From Cyanophyceae cyanobacterium (GTDB taxonomy: Bacteria > Cyanobacteriota > Cyanobacteriia > Cyanobacteriales > JBHJGN01), in contig JBHJGN010000057.1 of the NCBI GenBank assembly GCA_050331735.1, positions 1 through 64,000 on the forward strand: a DNA stretch of 64,000 nucleotides, in the 5' to 3' direction. A model generated the notes under the pieces. It did not search any database. It was given only the letters and a program-made list of their open reading frames with translations, and was not told the origin of the DNA. Position numbers and translations under genes: made by a program. Shown in pieces: positions 1 to 9,923 of the stretch; within the stretch, counting starts at the first letter, position 1; each line of letters opens with the position of its first letter.

Positions 1-138
1 AAGTAATAGGAGACTTGATGAGTTGGGGGAAAGGGGAAGGGGTCAAGGGGAAAGGGAAGCACAGCAGCTCTTTGCCCTTGAACCTCCAATGCTTGGTTAG
101 TTTAAGGAACTATCTGACTACTTTCGGTAAATGGTATA
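1..138. repeat. Dispersed ~125-140 bp repeat, copy 1 (MITE-like, left end possibly cut off by the window edge)
   Basis: Shares blocks CTTGATGAGTTGGGGGAAA, TTGAACCTCCAA, GGAACT.TCTGA and ACTTTCGGTAAAT.GTATA with 14847-14969; this copy has an expanded GGGGAA tract. Confidence 0.75.
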
Positions 139-235
139 AGAAAAGTAAAGTGATGGAGTAACTCAAATTCCGGTATTATCGCTCAGCCTCTGATTAGTTA
201 CCCTAAGTTTACCGACAACTCCACAGAAAGTATAC

Positions 236-508
236 GTGTTCGGGTTATCTAAAGCGGAAACTCAATCAGTAAATGAGGTTGACAAGAGACAGGACGCGAT
301 CGCAAATTGCCTGCTGTACCGATGTAGTGTCCTCAAAGCGATTCAGCCAGCGTTTGAGGCTGTAGCAAGGAACGCCATTAAAATCAATCTAAACACGCCC
401 AACTTTGGAACCGGAGCGCGGGCTAATGACAGTAAGGACGCTGCTGCCAACAACCTCAAATTTTTCAACGACAATGCGCTCCGGTATTTCCATCTTTCCG
501 AACGCTAG
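236..508 (+). CDS. Hypothetical protein (90 aa), doubtful
   Basis: Isolated ORF with GTG start, no recognisable motif. Confidence 0.3.
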   Translation: MFGLSKAETQSVNEVDKRQDAIANCLLYRCSVLKAIQPAFEAVARNAIKINLNTPNFGTGARANDSKDAAANNLKFFNDNALRYFHLSER

Positions 509-634
509 CTGAGAAGGCGATCGCCCGTAGTCACTCCTCCCAATTAAGACAATCAAAAGAAAATACAGCAGAAATCAACGAATGAAGCAAACCATGAGCG
601 AACGATTGCTAAATTATAGGATTGCGAACAGACT

Positions 635-1342
635 CTAGAGGTTAGCATCAGAAAGTTGTCCTGCCGTCAACTTAGCTCCTGTTAACGTTGCTGCCGCTAA
701 TTTTACTTCATCAAGACAAGCACCTCTCAGGTCGGCTTGCGTTAGGTTAGCTCCTCTTAAATCCGCTCCAGCCAACAAAGCACTGCTGAGATCGACTTGT
801 GCTAGGTTAGCTCCTCTCAAGTCAGCACCGACAAGACTCGCTTTCTTCAAGATACTTCTAGACAGATGCGTGTCTATCAAACAGGCTCCATCCAAAGTGA
901 CGTCGTTCAGCTCAGCCGCTGTTAAATCAGCCTTAGTTAGATTAGCTTTTGCTAGCTGAGCAAAGCTGAGTTTAGCCCAACTCAAGTTAATTCCTGCCAA
1001 ATCGCAATCAGTTAAAACAGCACAGCGCAGGTTAGCGTTGCAGAAATGTCTTTCCCCGGCTTGATAACGAGTGAGCAACGCTGCTGTACTTAATGGGGTC
1101 AGTAAAGTGGCCTTTTCTCCAGGATGACACCAGTTCGCTCCTGCTAAAGTTGCTGCGGTCTCCCACGCCTCTCGGTCTGCTGATGACACGATAACACCGT
1201 TAGCGCCATCCCATTCACCCTTGACCATAAACGCCACATCCGAAGCCGCTGCTGCTGAATCAAATAGCAGGATTGTCTCACTTTTAGAAGACTGTCCTCC
1301 CAGGTTAGTAAGAGTCTCTGTCAGTTTTTTCAGTCGGTTCAT
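635..1342 (-). CDS. Pentapeptide repeat protein
   Basis: C-terminal A(D/N)LXX repeats preceded by LLxRYQAGERHF. Confidence 0.9.
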   Translation of the reverse strand: MNRLKKLTETLTNLGGQSSKSETILLFDSAAAASDVAFMVKGEWDGANGVIVSSADREAWETAATLAGANWCHPGEKATLLTPLSTAALLTRYQAGERHFCNANLRCAVLTDCDLAGINLSWAKLSFAQLAKANLTKADLTAAELNDVTLDGACLIDTHLSRSILKKASLVGADLRGANLAQVDLSSALLAGADLRGANLTQADLRGACLDEVKLAAATLTGAKLTAGQLSDANL

Positions 1343-1503
1343 AGCAGGAAGGCTGAAAAAGAGTTGCTGAATCTATTTCTATAATATCGAGGGTTAAAGC
1401 AGTCGAGATTAGAGACTTCAAGGCTCTGTCACTGAGACCTGAAAGAGTGTCCAAAGCGCCGAAACGCTAGAGTAGATCGAGATAACTACTCGATGCTCGC
1501 TTC

Positions 1504-3375
1504 ATGACAGGCAACCAATTCCGTTTCAGCCAAGCTTTGGCTCCTTATTTTCCTCTTGCTGCGATCGCTACCACTCCTCAAGCTGTCCAAACCCTCACCC
1601 CTCTGGGTCAGAGTGCCAACATCCGAATCTGGGTTCCCCCATCTCTTAGCAGAGACAATACCCAGGTTTACACCGCTTCTCTCAAAGAGCATATCGGTTC
1701 TCTCTGGTCCTCCCATCGCGCTTTTGTGTTCTGCTTAGCGGTAGGGGCCGTAGTTCGTCTGATTGCTCCGCTACTCGAAGATAAAGCCAGCGATCCGGCT
1801 GTGGTTGTTGTCACTCCCGATGGTCGCACAGTGATTAGTTTATGCAGCGGACATCAGGGAGGAGCAGATCGCTTAGCCCAAATCTTGGCGCGGCAACTGA
1901 ATGCCACTCCCATCATCACAGGCTCTTCAGCCTTATTAAAGCTACCAGGAATTGACGTGTTAGGAGAGCCGTTTGGCTGGCGACGAGGAGAGGGAGACTG
2001 GACGGAAGTGAGCGCTGCAATTGCTCGGGGAGATACAGTACAGGTGATTCAGGAAGCTGGTTCAACGTTGTGGCAAGAGCAGCTACCGCCGCAACATCCG
2101 TTCTATTTTGGGTTTCCCGAACAGACGAAAACCAACAAGGCATCTATTGCCCCCAAAGCTCGGGTTTGGATTAGCCCCACCGCGCGAAAGTTTTCACCCC
2201 AGTCTGACTTCCCGAAAGCGCAGTGGCATCCGAGGGTACTGTGGGTAGGAGTAGGCTGCGAACGGGGAACCTCCGCGCGCACAATTGCAGCCGCCGTTGA
2301 ACAAGTTTGTCAACGGGCTCATTTAGCACAAGAAGCGATCGCTGGAGTTGCCACGATCGCTCTTAAAGCCGACGAAGCTGGAATTTTAAAACTGTGCCGC
2401 GATCGCTTTCCTTTAAAAACCTTCTCAGCCGCACAGTTGCGCCAAGTAGCTGTCCCTACTCCTTCTGAAGTTGTCGAGCAAGCAGTCGGTACTCCGAGCG
2501 TGGCAGAAGCGGCGGCGATGCTGGCTTGCTCTGAGTCCCACCTGCTCGTTCCAAAACAGGTGTTTCGACTAGAGGGAGAACCGGGAGCCGTGACGGTGGC
2601 GATCGCCCAATCGACCCTAGAATATACGGGGCGCACCGGACAGCTATGGCTGATTGGGACAGGTCCGGGCAATTTAGCGCAAATTACTCCCGCAGCACAG
2701 GCGGCGATCACGGCGGCAGATGTTGTGGTCGGCTATACTCTCTACCTGGAGCTCATTGCTCCTCTACAGCGTCCGGGGCAAATTGTAGAAGCGTTCCCCA
2801 TTACCCAGGAGAAGCAGCGGGCACAGCGGGCGATAGAGCTAGCGCAGTGGGGATTGTCGGTGGCGGTGGCGTCCTCTGGGGACTGCGGAATTTACGGGAT
2901 GGCCGGATTAGTGTTAGAAGAACTTCAGGCTCAGGGATGGGATGGCAAAACGCCTCAAGTGCAGGTATTTCCGGGCATTACCGCTCTCCAGGCGGCGGCG
3001 GCAAGGGTCGGCGCACCGCTGATGCACGACTTCTGTGCCGTTAGCTTAAGCGATCTGCTCACGCCGTGGAAAGTGATTCAGCAGCGACTGGAGGCAGCGG
3101 CAGCGGCGGATTTCGTAACGGCTCTCTATAATCCGCGATCGCAAACGCGCACTCAGCAGATCGTGGCAGCACAGCAAATTTTTCTTCAGCATCGCGCTTC
3201 TACTACTCCCGTGGCGATTGTTCGTTCCGCCTACCGAGACGACGAGCAAGTAACGTTGACCACCCTAGAGAAGATGCTCCAGTTTCCGATTGATATGTTA
3301 ACGACTGTACTAATTGGCAACGGCAGTACACGCTTGTTTGCTAACTGGATGATCTCGCCGAGGGGGTATAGGTGA
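1504..3375 (+). CDS. cobJ: CbiG / precorrin-3B C17-methyltransferase fusion
   Basis: CbiG motifs (KxxDPAVVVV, LxSGHxGGA, VGVGCERG, VAEAAA) then methyltransferase (IGTGPG, SSGDCGIYGMAG, HDFCAVSLSDLLTPW). Confidence 0.92.
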   Translation: MTGNQFRFSQALAPYFPLAAIATTPQAVQTLTPLGQSANIRIWVPPSLSRDNTQVYTASLKEHIGSLWSSHRAFVFCLAVGAVVRLIAPLLEDKASDPAVVVVTPDGRTVISLCSGHQGGADRLAQILARQLNATPIITGSSALLKLPGIDVLGEPFGWRRGEGDWTEVSAAIARGDTVQVIQEAGSTLWQEQLPPQHPFYFGFPEQTKTNKASIAPKARVWISPTARKFSPQSDFPKAQWHPRVLWVGVGCERGTSARTIAAAVEQVCQRAHLAQEAIAGVATIALKADEAGILKLCRDRFPLKTFSAAQLRQVAVPTPSEVVEQAVGTPSVAEAAAMLACSESHLLVPKQVFRLEGEPGAVTVAIAQSTLEYTGRTGQLWLIGTGPGNLAQITPAAQAAITAADVVVGYTLYLELIAPLQRPGQIVEAFPITQEKQRAQRAIELAQWGLSVAVASSGDCGIYGMAGLVLEELQAQGWDGKTPQVQVFPGITALQAAAARVGAPLMHDFCAVSLSDLLTPWKVIQQRLEAAAAADFVTALYNPRSQTRTQQIVAAQQIFLQHRASTTPVAIVRSAYRDDEQVTLTTLEKMLQFPIDMLTTVLIGNGSTRLFANWMISPRGYR

Positions 3376-3620
3376 GACAATTAGCAGGGGCGAGCCGATA
3401 ACAGTTTTCGTTTTGTTAATAGGTGTTTTAACGACTGCAAACTTTCAAGATCTGCCTGGTGAAATACGCAATGAACAATGAACCATCAACAAAAAACTAA
3501 AATGCAAAACTGACTTTTGTTGAAGTAAGACTGCTATACAGATAATGGCTATTTGACTTCCTGCGTTTTAGATGCGCTCCAAAGATATAGAAGAGCCTGA
3601 GAGGTTTTCTAGGGCATTCT

Positions 3621-3983
3621 CTATCGTCGTTTGCTGCCAAAGGCAATATTTAAAATTGCTGATACGATGGAAAGAATAATAGACCCAATCAGAGCCGCCG
3701 CAAAGCCAGCAACAGTAAAACCAGGAGTAAGCAAGCCAACCAAGCTGAGGGCGATCGCATTAACAACAAACAAAAATAGACCAAACGTAAACAGCGTTAA
3801 CGGTAGTGTTAAAACAATGAGGATTGGTTTAACGATCGCATTCACTAATCCTAAAACAATTGCTCCAATCGCAGCGGCACTGACACCATCGACGGTAATT
3901 CCTGGAACGAGATAAGCCGTTACTACTAGAGATAGAGCAGTAAGGAGCCAAGTGAGTAAAAATTGTGGCATGATTTGCGACAC
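3621..3983 (-). CDS. Phage holin family (YvlD/DUF360-like) membrane protein
   Basis: Four TM segments, LGLVNAIVKPILxxLTLPLTxxTFGLFLFVVNA; ATG at 3971 is an alternative start. Confidence 0.85.
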   Translation of the reverse strand: MSQIMPQFLLTWLLTALSLVVTAYLVPGITVDGVSAAAIGAIVLGLVNAIVKPILIVLTLPLTLFTFGLFLFVVNAIALSLVGLLTPGFTVAGFAAALIGSIILSIVSAILNIAFGSKRR

Positions 3984-4213
3984 CGCTTTTCTATCTCAGC
4001 TTATTGTAGCGTGTCCTCGCTGCCTTTAGAATTAGGGTTGATGGCGGTAACGGAGCCGCCCAAGTCCTCTCTTTAAGCTGTTCTTGCTTACTGCTAACTT
4101 TTGCGATCAGAGCCTCATCGCGTTTAGGTGCTATGGTAAGAAAATTAATCTTCGTTGGAAATTTCTTGATTAGGTATTAACCAGTTAGTTTTAATAAGAT
4201 TACGCTCAAAAAT

Positions 4214-4678
4214 ATGGGAAAAGAAGAAAGAGTTAAAATGCTCAGCGATAATCGCCAAGCTCGCTATCTTTACGAGATTTTAGAAACCTATGAAGCCGGA
4301 ATTGAGCTAACAGGGACAGAGGTAAAATCGGTACGAGCCGGACGAGCAAACCTGCGGGATGGCTTTGCACTCATTCGCAACGGAGAAGCCTGGTTACTCA
4401 ACGTTCACATTTCTCCCTACCAAGCCAGCGGACAGTATTTTAACCACGATCCTCGCCGGACTCGTAAGCTTTTGCTGCATCGTCGAGAGATTAGTAAGCT
4501 TATCGGGAAACTAGAACAGCAGGGTCTGACCCTAGTTCCATTGAAGCTATACCTTAAAGGAGGCTGGGTCAAAGTCAGTTTAGGATTAGGCAAAGGGAAA
4601 AAGCTCCACGACAAGCGCGAAACTCTCAAGCGTCGCCAAGATGAACGCGAAATGGCAAGGGCGATGAAGCGATACTAA
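4214..4678 (+). CDS. smpB: SsrA-binding protein
   Basis: [40 protein letters not shown]. Confidence 0.97.
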   Translation: MGKEERVKMLSDNRQARYLYEILETYEAGIELTGTEVKSVRAGRANLRDGFALIRNGEAWLLNVHISPYQASGQYFNHDPRRTRKLLLHRREISKLIGKLEQQGLTLVPLKLYLKGGWVKVSLGLGKGKKLHDKRETLKRRQDEREMARAMKRY

Positions 4679-6063
4679 TGTTGACGGTCAATCGTTGGTG
4701 GCCGATTGACCGACTGATACTGGCTGGCGATAATGGCGAGCATGAACCACCAGAGAGTTTGCACCGGGGGACGGAACCAGACAGTATCGGCAATGCCTTG
4801 GGCAAGCATAGCGATCGTGGCGGCAATGGCAGCAATAATCCACAGTCCCTGGCGGTTTTGCCCGCTCCGCAAACGCTCTAGCTGACGGACTCCTTGAGTG
4901 ATGGTGGTGAGGATCAGCCAGAGGAAGCAGCTTAAACCGATTAATCCCACTTCGACTGCTGTCTCAAAAAAGATGGAGTAGGCACTGAGGGCGGTATAGT
5001 TGGGGCGCATGTAGAGGGGATAGATTTGATTGAAGGCATCGTTACCGGGTCCGATGCCAATGAGGGGGCGATCGCGGATCATGTCAAACACGGCCTGCCA
5101 GACGTTGATGCGAAAGTTGTTGCTGCTGTCTTCACGACCGGCAAACAGGCTTAAAATCCGGAGGCGCAGTGGTTCTACTGCCACGATTGCTGCGAACAGC
5201 ATTGCGGCTAATCCACCAAATACGAGGGGCAGCAGCCAGGTGCGCGCCCAACGAGGCAGATGGTCGTTCCACCAGTAGCGCAGCAGCAGTAGCCCGGTTA
5301 ACAGAAGCGCCAGCATCCCCAGCCAGCCACCGCGACTGTCGGTAAAGTAAAGACAGGCGGAATCAATCAGCACCATGAACGTGGCTAATGCCTTGGGCAA
5401 CCATCCCCGCCAAACAATCACAGCGGCAATACTCAGAGCGATCGCACTAAACAGATACCCGGCTAATAGGTTAGGATTCCCTAAAAAGCTATACACCCTG
5501 GTATCCTGCGCTAGCGGAGAGTTGGGGTCATTCCAGGTGGCAAGCTGAGCGGCTCCAAAATACTGCTGGCGCACTCCGTAGATGCTCACGACTAGGGCGA
5601 CATGAAGAAACAGCGTAATCAGCCAGGAAGTAAGCTGCGGCGACCTGAGCACCCTCGCTGCCAACGCAAACAGCACCAGATACAGAGTTAGTTCAACCCA
5701 CCCAGAAAACGCGGCTTCCTTAACGGGGGAAAAAGCAAAAGCAACGGTAGCGATTCCCCAGTAGAGCAGAACTAACAGATGAATCGGCGTGACGCTGGGT
5801 TGGCCATCTTCTGTCAGAGTGAGTATTCCCCAATAACCGGCTCCAGCCAACAGTAGGATTCCGACAAAACTGGTGGGCACAAACGGAGCCACCAGCAAAA
5901 TCAAGCCGACGAGCCATGCGCCAATTAGCTCTGCCCACCGCAGCAGCCAGCTTCCCTGTCGCCAACGATCGAACAACCCTACCAGGCGGTAGAAAGCACT
6001 GCCTGTTCGCCATCGTTCTAAAGGGAGGGTAGAAAGAGTGATTTGTCGCCAAACATTCATCAT
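4675..6063 (-). CDS. ictB: IctB family membrane protein (O-antigen ligase-like)
   Basis: [46 protein letters not shown]; stop overlaps smpB stop by 4 nt. Confidence 0.92.
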   Translation of the reverse strand: MMNVWRQITLSTLPLERWRTGSAFYRLVGLFDRWRQGSWLLRWAELIGAWLVGLILLVAPFVPTSFVGILLLAGAGYWGILTLTEDGQPSVTPIHLLVLLYWGIATVAFAFSPVKEAAFSGWVELTLYLVLFALAARVLRSPQLTSWLITLFLHVALVVSIYGVRQQYFGAAQLATWNDPNSPLAQDTRVYSFLGNPNLLAGYLFSAIALSIAAVIVWRGWLPKALATFMVLIDSACLYFTDSRGGWLGMLALLLTGLLLLRYWWNDHLPRWARTWLLPLVFGGLAAMLFAAIVAVEPLRLRILSLFAGREDSSNNFRINVWQAVFDMIRDRPLIGIGPGNDAFNQIYPLYMRPNYTALSAYSIFFETAVEVGLIGLSCFLWLILTTITQGVRQLERLRSGQNRQGLWIIAAIAATIAMLAQGIADTVWFRPPVQTLWWFMLAIIASQYQSVNRPPTIDRQH

Positions 6064-6345
6064 TTTTTAAAGGCTATATAGAGCTGGAGTTTGGGGAAGC
6101 AACCCCAATATTGGGAAAAGGGGAAGGGGAAAACACTACACTCGTTCAGGTGTACAGGTCATATTCTAGATTGCTGTAGTCAATCTGTGTATAAATTTGA
6201 GCCGCTGAAATCTTTTTCGCCCCCGGCTTCACCAACAAACACGATCTCAAGGTCAATCAAAAAGCGAAATCAGCATCCCTTTTCCCGCAGCGCCATCTGC
6301 TTCCCAACTGCTACAGTAGATCCCAGTATTTGCGCTACGCATTCA

Positions 6346-7503
6346 ATGTCTATTCAGCTTCCCCAAAAGTTTATGCTGCTCGGTTCCGGAGAACTGGGTA
6401 AAGAATTTACGATTGCTGCTCAACGTCTCGGTAACTTTGTTGTGGCGGTTGACCGATACCCCAATGCCCCTGCTATGCAGGTGGCGGATCAAGCAGAAGT
6501 AATTTCGATGCTGAACGCTGACGATTTAGAGACAATAGTAGCCCAGCATAATCCAGATTTTATTGTACCGGAAATTGAGGCGATTCGGACAGAAAAGCTC
6601 CTGGAATTTGAGCAGCGGGGATTCACTGTCATTCCGACGGCGGCAGCAACGAACTACACGATGAACCGCGATCGCATTCGGGAACTGGCTCATACAGAGT
6701 TAGGTATTAGAACAGCTAAGTATGCCTATGCAGCTTCTTTAGATGAATTAAGGGCGGTCAGCGCCATTGGCTTTCCTAACGTAGTTAAACCGGTGATGTC
6801 TTCTTCTGGTAAAGGTCAGTCGATTGTGAGGTCAGCCGAGGACGTGGAGCAGGCGTGGAACGCCGCTATTGCCGGAGCGAGAGGCGACACGGCAAAAGTC
6901 ATTGTGGAAGAATTTATCGATTTTGAGATTGAGATTACCCTACTCGCGATCAAACAATGGCAGGCTCCGACGATTTTTTGTCCTCCCATCGGCCATCGGC
7001 AAGAACGCGGCGACTATCAAGAGTCGTGGCAGCCAGCAGCAATTCCTGAAGCAAGAATAACAGAAGCGCAGGCGATCGCCCATCAGGTCACAGATGCTTT
7101 AGGAGGAGCCGGAATATTTGGAGTTGAATTTTTCGTGACCAAAGACGAGGTGATTTTTTCTGAACTGTCTCCTCGTCCTCACGATACAGGCATGGTCACG
7201 TTAATTTCCCAGAACCTCAACGAATTTGAACTCCATTTAAGAGCGATTTTAGGCTTACCCATTCCTCAGATTGATATCCTAGCTCCTTCGGCTAGTGCGG
7301 TTATTTTAGCATCAAACTATGCAGATAAAATGACCTACATTGGAGTCGCTGAAGCTTTATCAGAACCCAACGTAGATATCCGGCTATTTGGCAAACCCGA
7401 TGCTCGTCCCCATCGCAGGATGGGCGTTGCTTTAGCGCAAGGGAACACCGTAGAGGAAGCCCGACAAAAAGCACAGATAGCAGCAGATAAAGTGAGAATT
7501 TAA
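6346..7503 (+). CDS. purT: Formate-dependent phosphoribosylglycinamide formyltransferase
   Basis: MLLGSGELGKE, KPVMSSSGKGQS, FSELSPRPHDTG; likely start ATG 6346 rather than TTG 6091. Confidence 0.95.
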   Translation: MSIQLPQKFMLLGSGELGKEFTIAAQRLGNFVVAVDRYPNAPAMQVADQAEVISMLNADDLETIVAQHNPDFIVPEIEAIRTEKLLEFEQRGFTVIPTAAATNYTMNRDRIRELAHTELGIRTAKYAYAASLDELRAVSAIGFPNVVKPVMSSSGKGQSIVRSAEDVEQAWNAAIAGARGDTAKVIVEEFIDFEIEITLLAIKQWQAPTIFCPPIGHRQERGDYQESWQPAAIPEARITEAQAIAHQVTDALGGAGIFGVEFFVTKDEVIFSELSPRPHDTGMVTLISQNLNEFELHLRAILGLPIPQIDILAPSASAVILASNYADKMTYIGVAEALSEPNVDIRLFGKPDARPHRRMGVALAQGNTVEEARQKAQIAADKVRI

Positions 7504-7865
7504 TGCTAAACACGTATCCTGATGTATTGCTGATTCAAGATCAACCCATTTTTCAGGAGCAACGTAGAGACACAGTTTTAAACCCCGGTGTAATCGTTGA
7601 GATCCTATCCAAATCGACTAGGGATTACGATCGCACCACAAAGTTTCGTTATGAGCGCTCCATTCTAGATTTCCAAGCGGATATTTTGATCGATCAGTAT
7701 GAGGCTGCTGTCGCTCAATACATTAGAACAGACGAATCCTGGCTGTATCGAGGCTATGAAGGCAACACCCCAATCAAGAGCGCTACAGTGAATGTAGAAA
7801 TGTCGTTTCAGGATATTTACGAAAAGGTAAATTTCAACGGAGAAGATGGAAAGTCAACACTGTAA
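7503..7865 (+). pseudogene. N-terminally truncated Uma2 family endonuclease
   Basis: TYPDV...NPxVIVEILSKSTRDYDRxxKF motif present, but the usual N-terminal part is absent and the EYILIDQ motif reads ADILIDQ. Confidence 0.65.
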
Positions 7866-7872
7866 TCGATTG

Positions 7873-8454
7873 TTATTTGTCAGCCCTAAACGCAAATTCT
7901 TCTCCAACTTCCCAACATCTTCCGTTATGCACGAGTAGCGTTAGCCGAGGAACAACAAACTCAAAGTGCAGTGACTGCGACTCAAATTCTGGCCAAGCTT
8001 GGCGAAAATTCGCTTTAGTTAAATCGCGGAACGCTACGGTTAAGTGGGGAGCAAAAGGACGACTTTTAGATACTTGATGAACAATTCCTAAAGATGATTC
8101 TAAGTAAGCCATTAATTCTTTTTGGACGGCGAGCAGTTCTGCCGTTTTTAAAACATTAATATAGATGACGCGAGGCTTGAAAGCGCCATAGCCATCGAGA
8201 AACACTGGGATAGAGGGCTGACGGTGGGCAAAATTCTGGAGATGCTGCTGAAGACGAGGTAATTCCTCTACTGGCCATTGAAAGGGAGGTTGTAAAGTAA
8301 TGTGGGGAGGAGATTTCTGAGCGGCACGGCTATTGTAAACTGCTGCAAAGTGCTGCTTGATTTCGTTAGCAAATTGCTGTATCTCCGGTGGAGGCAGTAA
8401 AGCAATAAAGAACCGCTTTAAACTCTTTGCTCGGTTTTCCTGGCTTGCTGTCAT
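7873..8454 (-). CDS. 2'-5' RNA ligase / 2H phosphoesterase family protein
   Basis: RFFIALLPP, PHITL and PHLTV 2H motifs; start ATG 8454 avoids overlap with the divergent gene. Confidence 0.88.
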   Translation of the reverse strand: MTASQENRAKSLKRFFIALLPPPEIQQFANEIKQHFAAVYNSRAAQKSPPHITLQPPFQWPVEELPRLQQHLQNFAHRQPSIPVFLDGYGAFKPRVIYINVLKTAELLAVQKELMAYLESSLGIVHQVSKSRPFAPHLTVAFRDLTKANFRQAWPEFESQSLHFEFVVPRLTLLVHNGRCWEVGEEFAFRADK

Positions 8455-8499
8455 CCGCTGCTCTGTCCTCGTCTTGTTTTCACATCCTCTCATTTCACC

Positions 8500-8766
8500 A
8501 TGCCCTGGTTTGTCAAAATTGAAAAAGGAATTGTTGATAAAGCCACCTTTGACCAACACGTACCGGCTCATAAAAGCTATGTTAAAGAGTTAATTGCCAA
8601 GGGGCACAAAGCCCGTAGCGGTTACTGGGCAGAGTTTGGTGGCGGCATGCTGCTCTTTGAAGCAGCATCACTGCCCCAGGCTCAAAGCATCGTCGCGCAA
8701 GATCCTTTGATTGTAAACGGCTGTGTTGAATACGAACTTCATCAATGGTGCATTGTCGTCGAATAG
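8500..8766 (+). CDS. YciI family protein
   Basis: HVPAHKSY, SGYW..GGGMLLFEA, DPLI. Confidence 0.85.
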   Translation: MPWFVKIEKGIVDKATFDQHVPAHKSYVKELIAKGHKARSGYWAEFGGGMLLFEAASLPQAQSIVAQDPLIVNGCVEYELHQWCIVVE

Positions 8767-8795
8767 ATTTTCGTTTCCGTGTTATGATTGAAAGT

Positions 8796-8890
8796 GATCC
8801 GGACCCATGCGGTTACAACGCCCAAACCTTGTCAGGACCGGAAGGTAGCAGCAATACGGGATGCTTGTAACAGGCGTGGAATCCGGGTCT
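8796..8890 (+). ncRNA. ffs: Signal recognition particle RNA (bacterial small SRP)
   Basis: Conserved core TCAGGACCGGAAGGTAGCAGC; terminal pairing GATCCGGA/TCCGGGTC followed by T run; extended -10 TGtTATGAT at about 8780-8788. Confidence 0.93.
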
Positions 8891-8962
8891 TTTCAGACTT
8901 CAGACTCTCTGCGTTCCTCTGAAGTTCAGTTTCGTATAAAGATCCACTCTGAAATTGATACA

Positions 8963-9325
8963 ATGGCTGGTTTTAAAGATATAGTGCAAAAAGCTTTCTA
9001 TCTCGGTGTTGGACTGGCTGACTATGCCGCAGAGAAAGCCGGAACAACCATTCAAGAACTGAGAGTACAGTCTCAGAAACTAGCGGACGAAATGGTGGCT
9101 AGAGGAGAAATGACCACCGACGAAGCGCGTCGGTTTGTAGATGATTTAGTTAAACAAGCAGAACAGCAATCGGTTCAACCTCCTGACCCTTCTACAGCCA
9201 CTCCACGCCGGATTGAAATTGTCTCCGAGGACGAAGAACTGCATCAAAAAGCTGAAGACGTTGACCATTTACGTCAGCAGGTACAGTCTCTACAAGAAGA
9301 ATTGCGGCGGATTAAGCGTCATTAA
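8963..9325 (+). CDS. Phasin-family/coiled-coil protein
   Basis: KAFYLGVGLA, DEMVARGEMTTDEAR, PRRIEIV; conserved cyanobacterial type; start ATG 8963. Confidence 0.7.
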   Translation: MAGFKDIVQKAFYLGVGLADYAAEKAGTTIQELRVQSQKLADEMVARGEMTTDEARRFVDDLVKQAEQQSVQPPDPSTATPRRIEIVSEDEELHQKAEDVDHLRQQVQSLQEELRRIKRH

Positions 9326-9417
9326 GCAGACATAATGAATAGCGCCATAGGGTGCTATGATAGATAGCCTTGGCTAAAGCCTCTCGCTTAACCGATTGTT
9401 ACTCACCGACGTTGGCT

Positions 9418-9864
9418 ATGAAAGACTGGTACAGGGAAATGATGGGAATATTTGAAGCAGTCACTGCCGAGGTAGAGCAGCTCTTTCAGGACTTTGGGAA
9501 GGCGATAGAAGAGGCCGCAGAAGAAATCGGAGAAACTATTGAAACCGTTGCTGAAGACGTACAGGATTCGCTAGTTCCGGGAGTTGACCAATATTTCTAC
9601 GAGATTTTTGAGCCTTTCGTCGATTTCTATACAGAATTTGAGGATGTTGTGTTTGAGGATTTGGCAGACGATGCGTTCATCAACCCGAAGGTAGAGCCAA
9701 CGTCAACCAACAATCCCGCCTGTGTCGGCTGCCAGCACTATCACGGCAGAATCTATAGCGGCACCTTATTGGTCTGTGGGATGCATCCCTATGGCTGGGA
9801 CGGAGAAGAGTGCCCTGACTGGGAGGAAAAGCCAGCATCAAGTTTATTTGACGAGCTGTTTTAG
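9418..9864 (+). CDS. Conserved hypothetical protein with acidic N-terminus and Cys/His-rich C-terminus
   Basis: CVGCQHYHG...VCGMHPYG...CPDW putative metal-binding motif. Confidence 0.75.
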   Translation: MKDWYREMMGIFEAVTAEVEQLFQDFGKAIEEAAEEIGETIETVAEDVQDSLVPGVDQYFYEIFEPFVDFYTEFEDVVFEDLADDAFINPKVEPTSTNNPACVGCQHYHGRIYSGTLLVCGMHPYGWDGEECPDWEEKPASSLFDELF

Positions 9865-9923
9865 TTGAATTTCGGGCTAATTGCTGATGTTTGATTGGAA
9901 TGTTTCTATTGAGCTATTAGCGA

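Noticed and set aside
1343..1503. Cobalamin riboswitch before cbiG-cobJ
   Set aside because: Gap is only about 160 bp and lacks the GGGAA...GCCACTG B12-box pattern
3621..3983. Holin-family gene next to smpB as a prophage marker
   Set aside because: This family is a common chromosomal membrane protein; no integrase or phage genes nearby
6091..6345. 85-codon N-terminal extension of purT in the ORF track
   Set aside because: Runs through the divergent promoter and a GGGGAA repeat; PurT similarity starts at ATG 6346
8861..8962. N-terminal extension of ORF 8861-9325
   Set aside because: Overlaps the SRP RNA gene; ATG 8963 fits better
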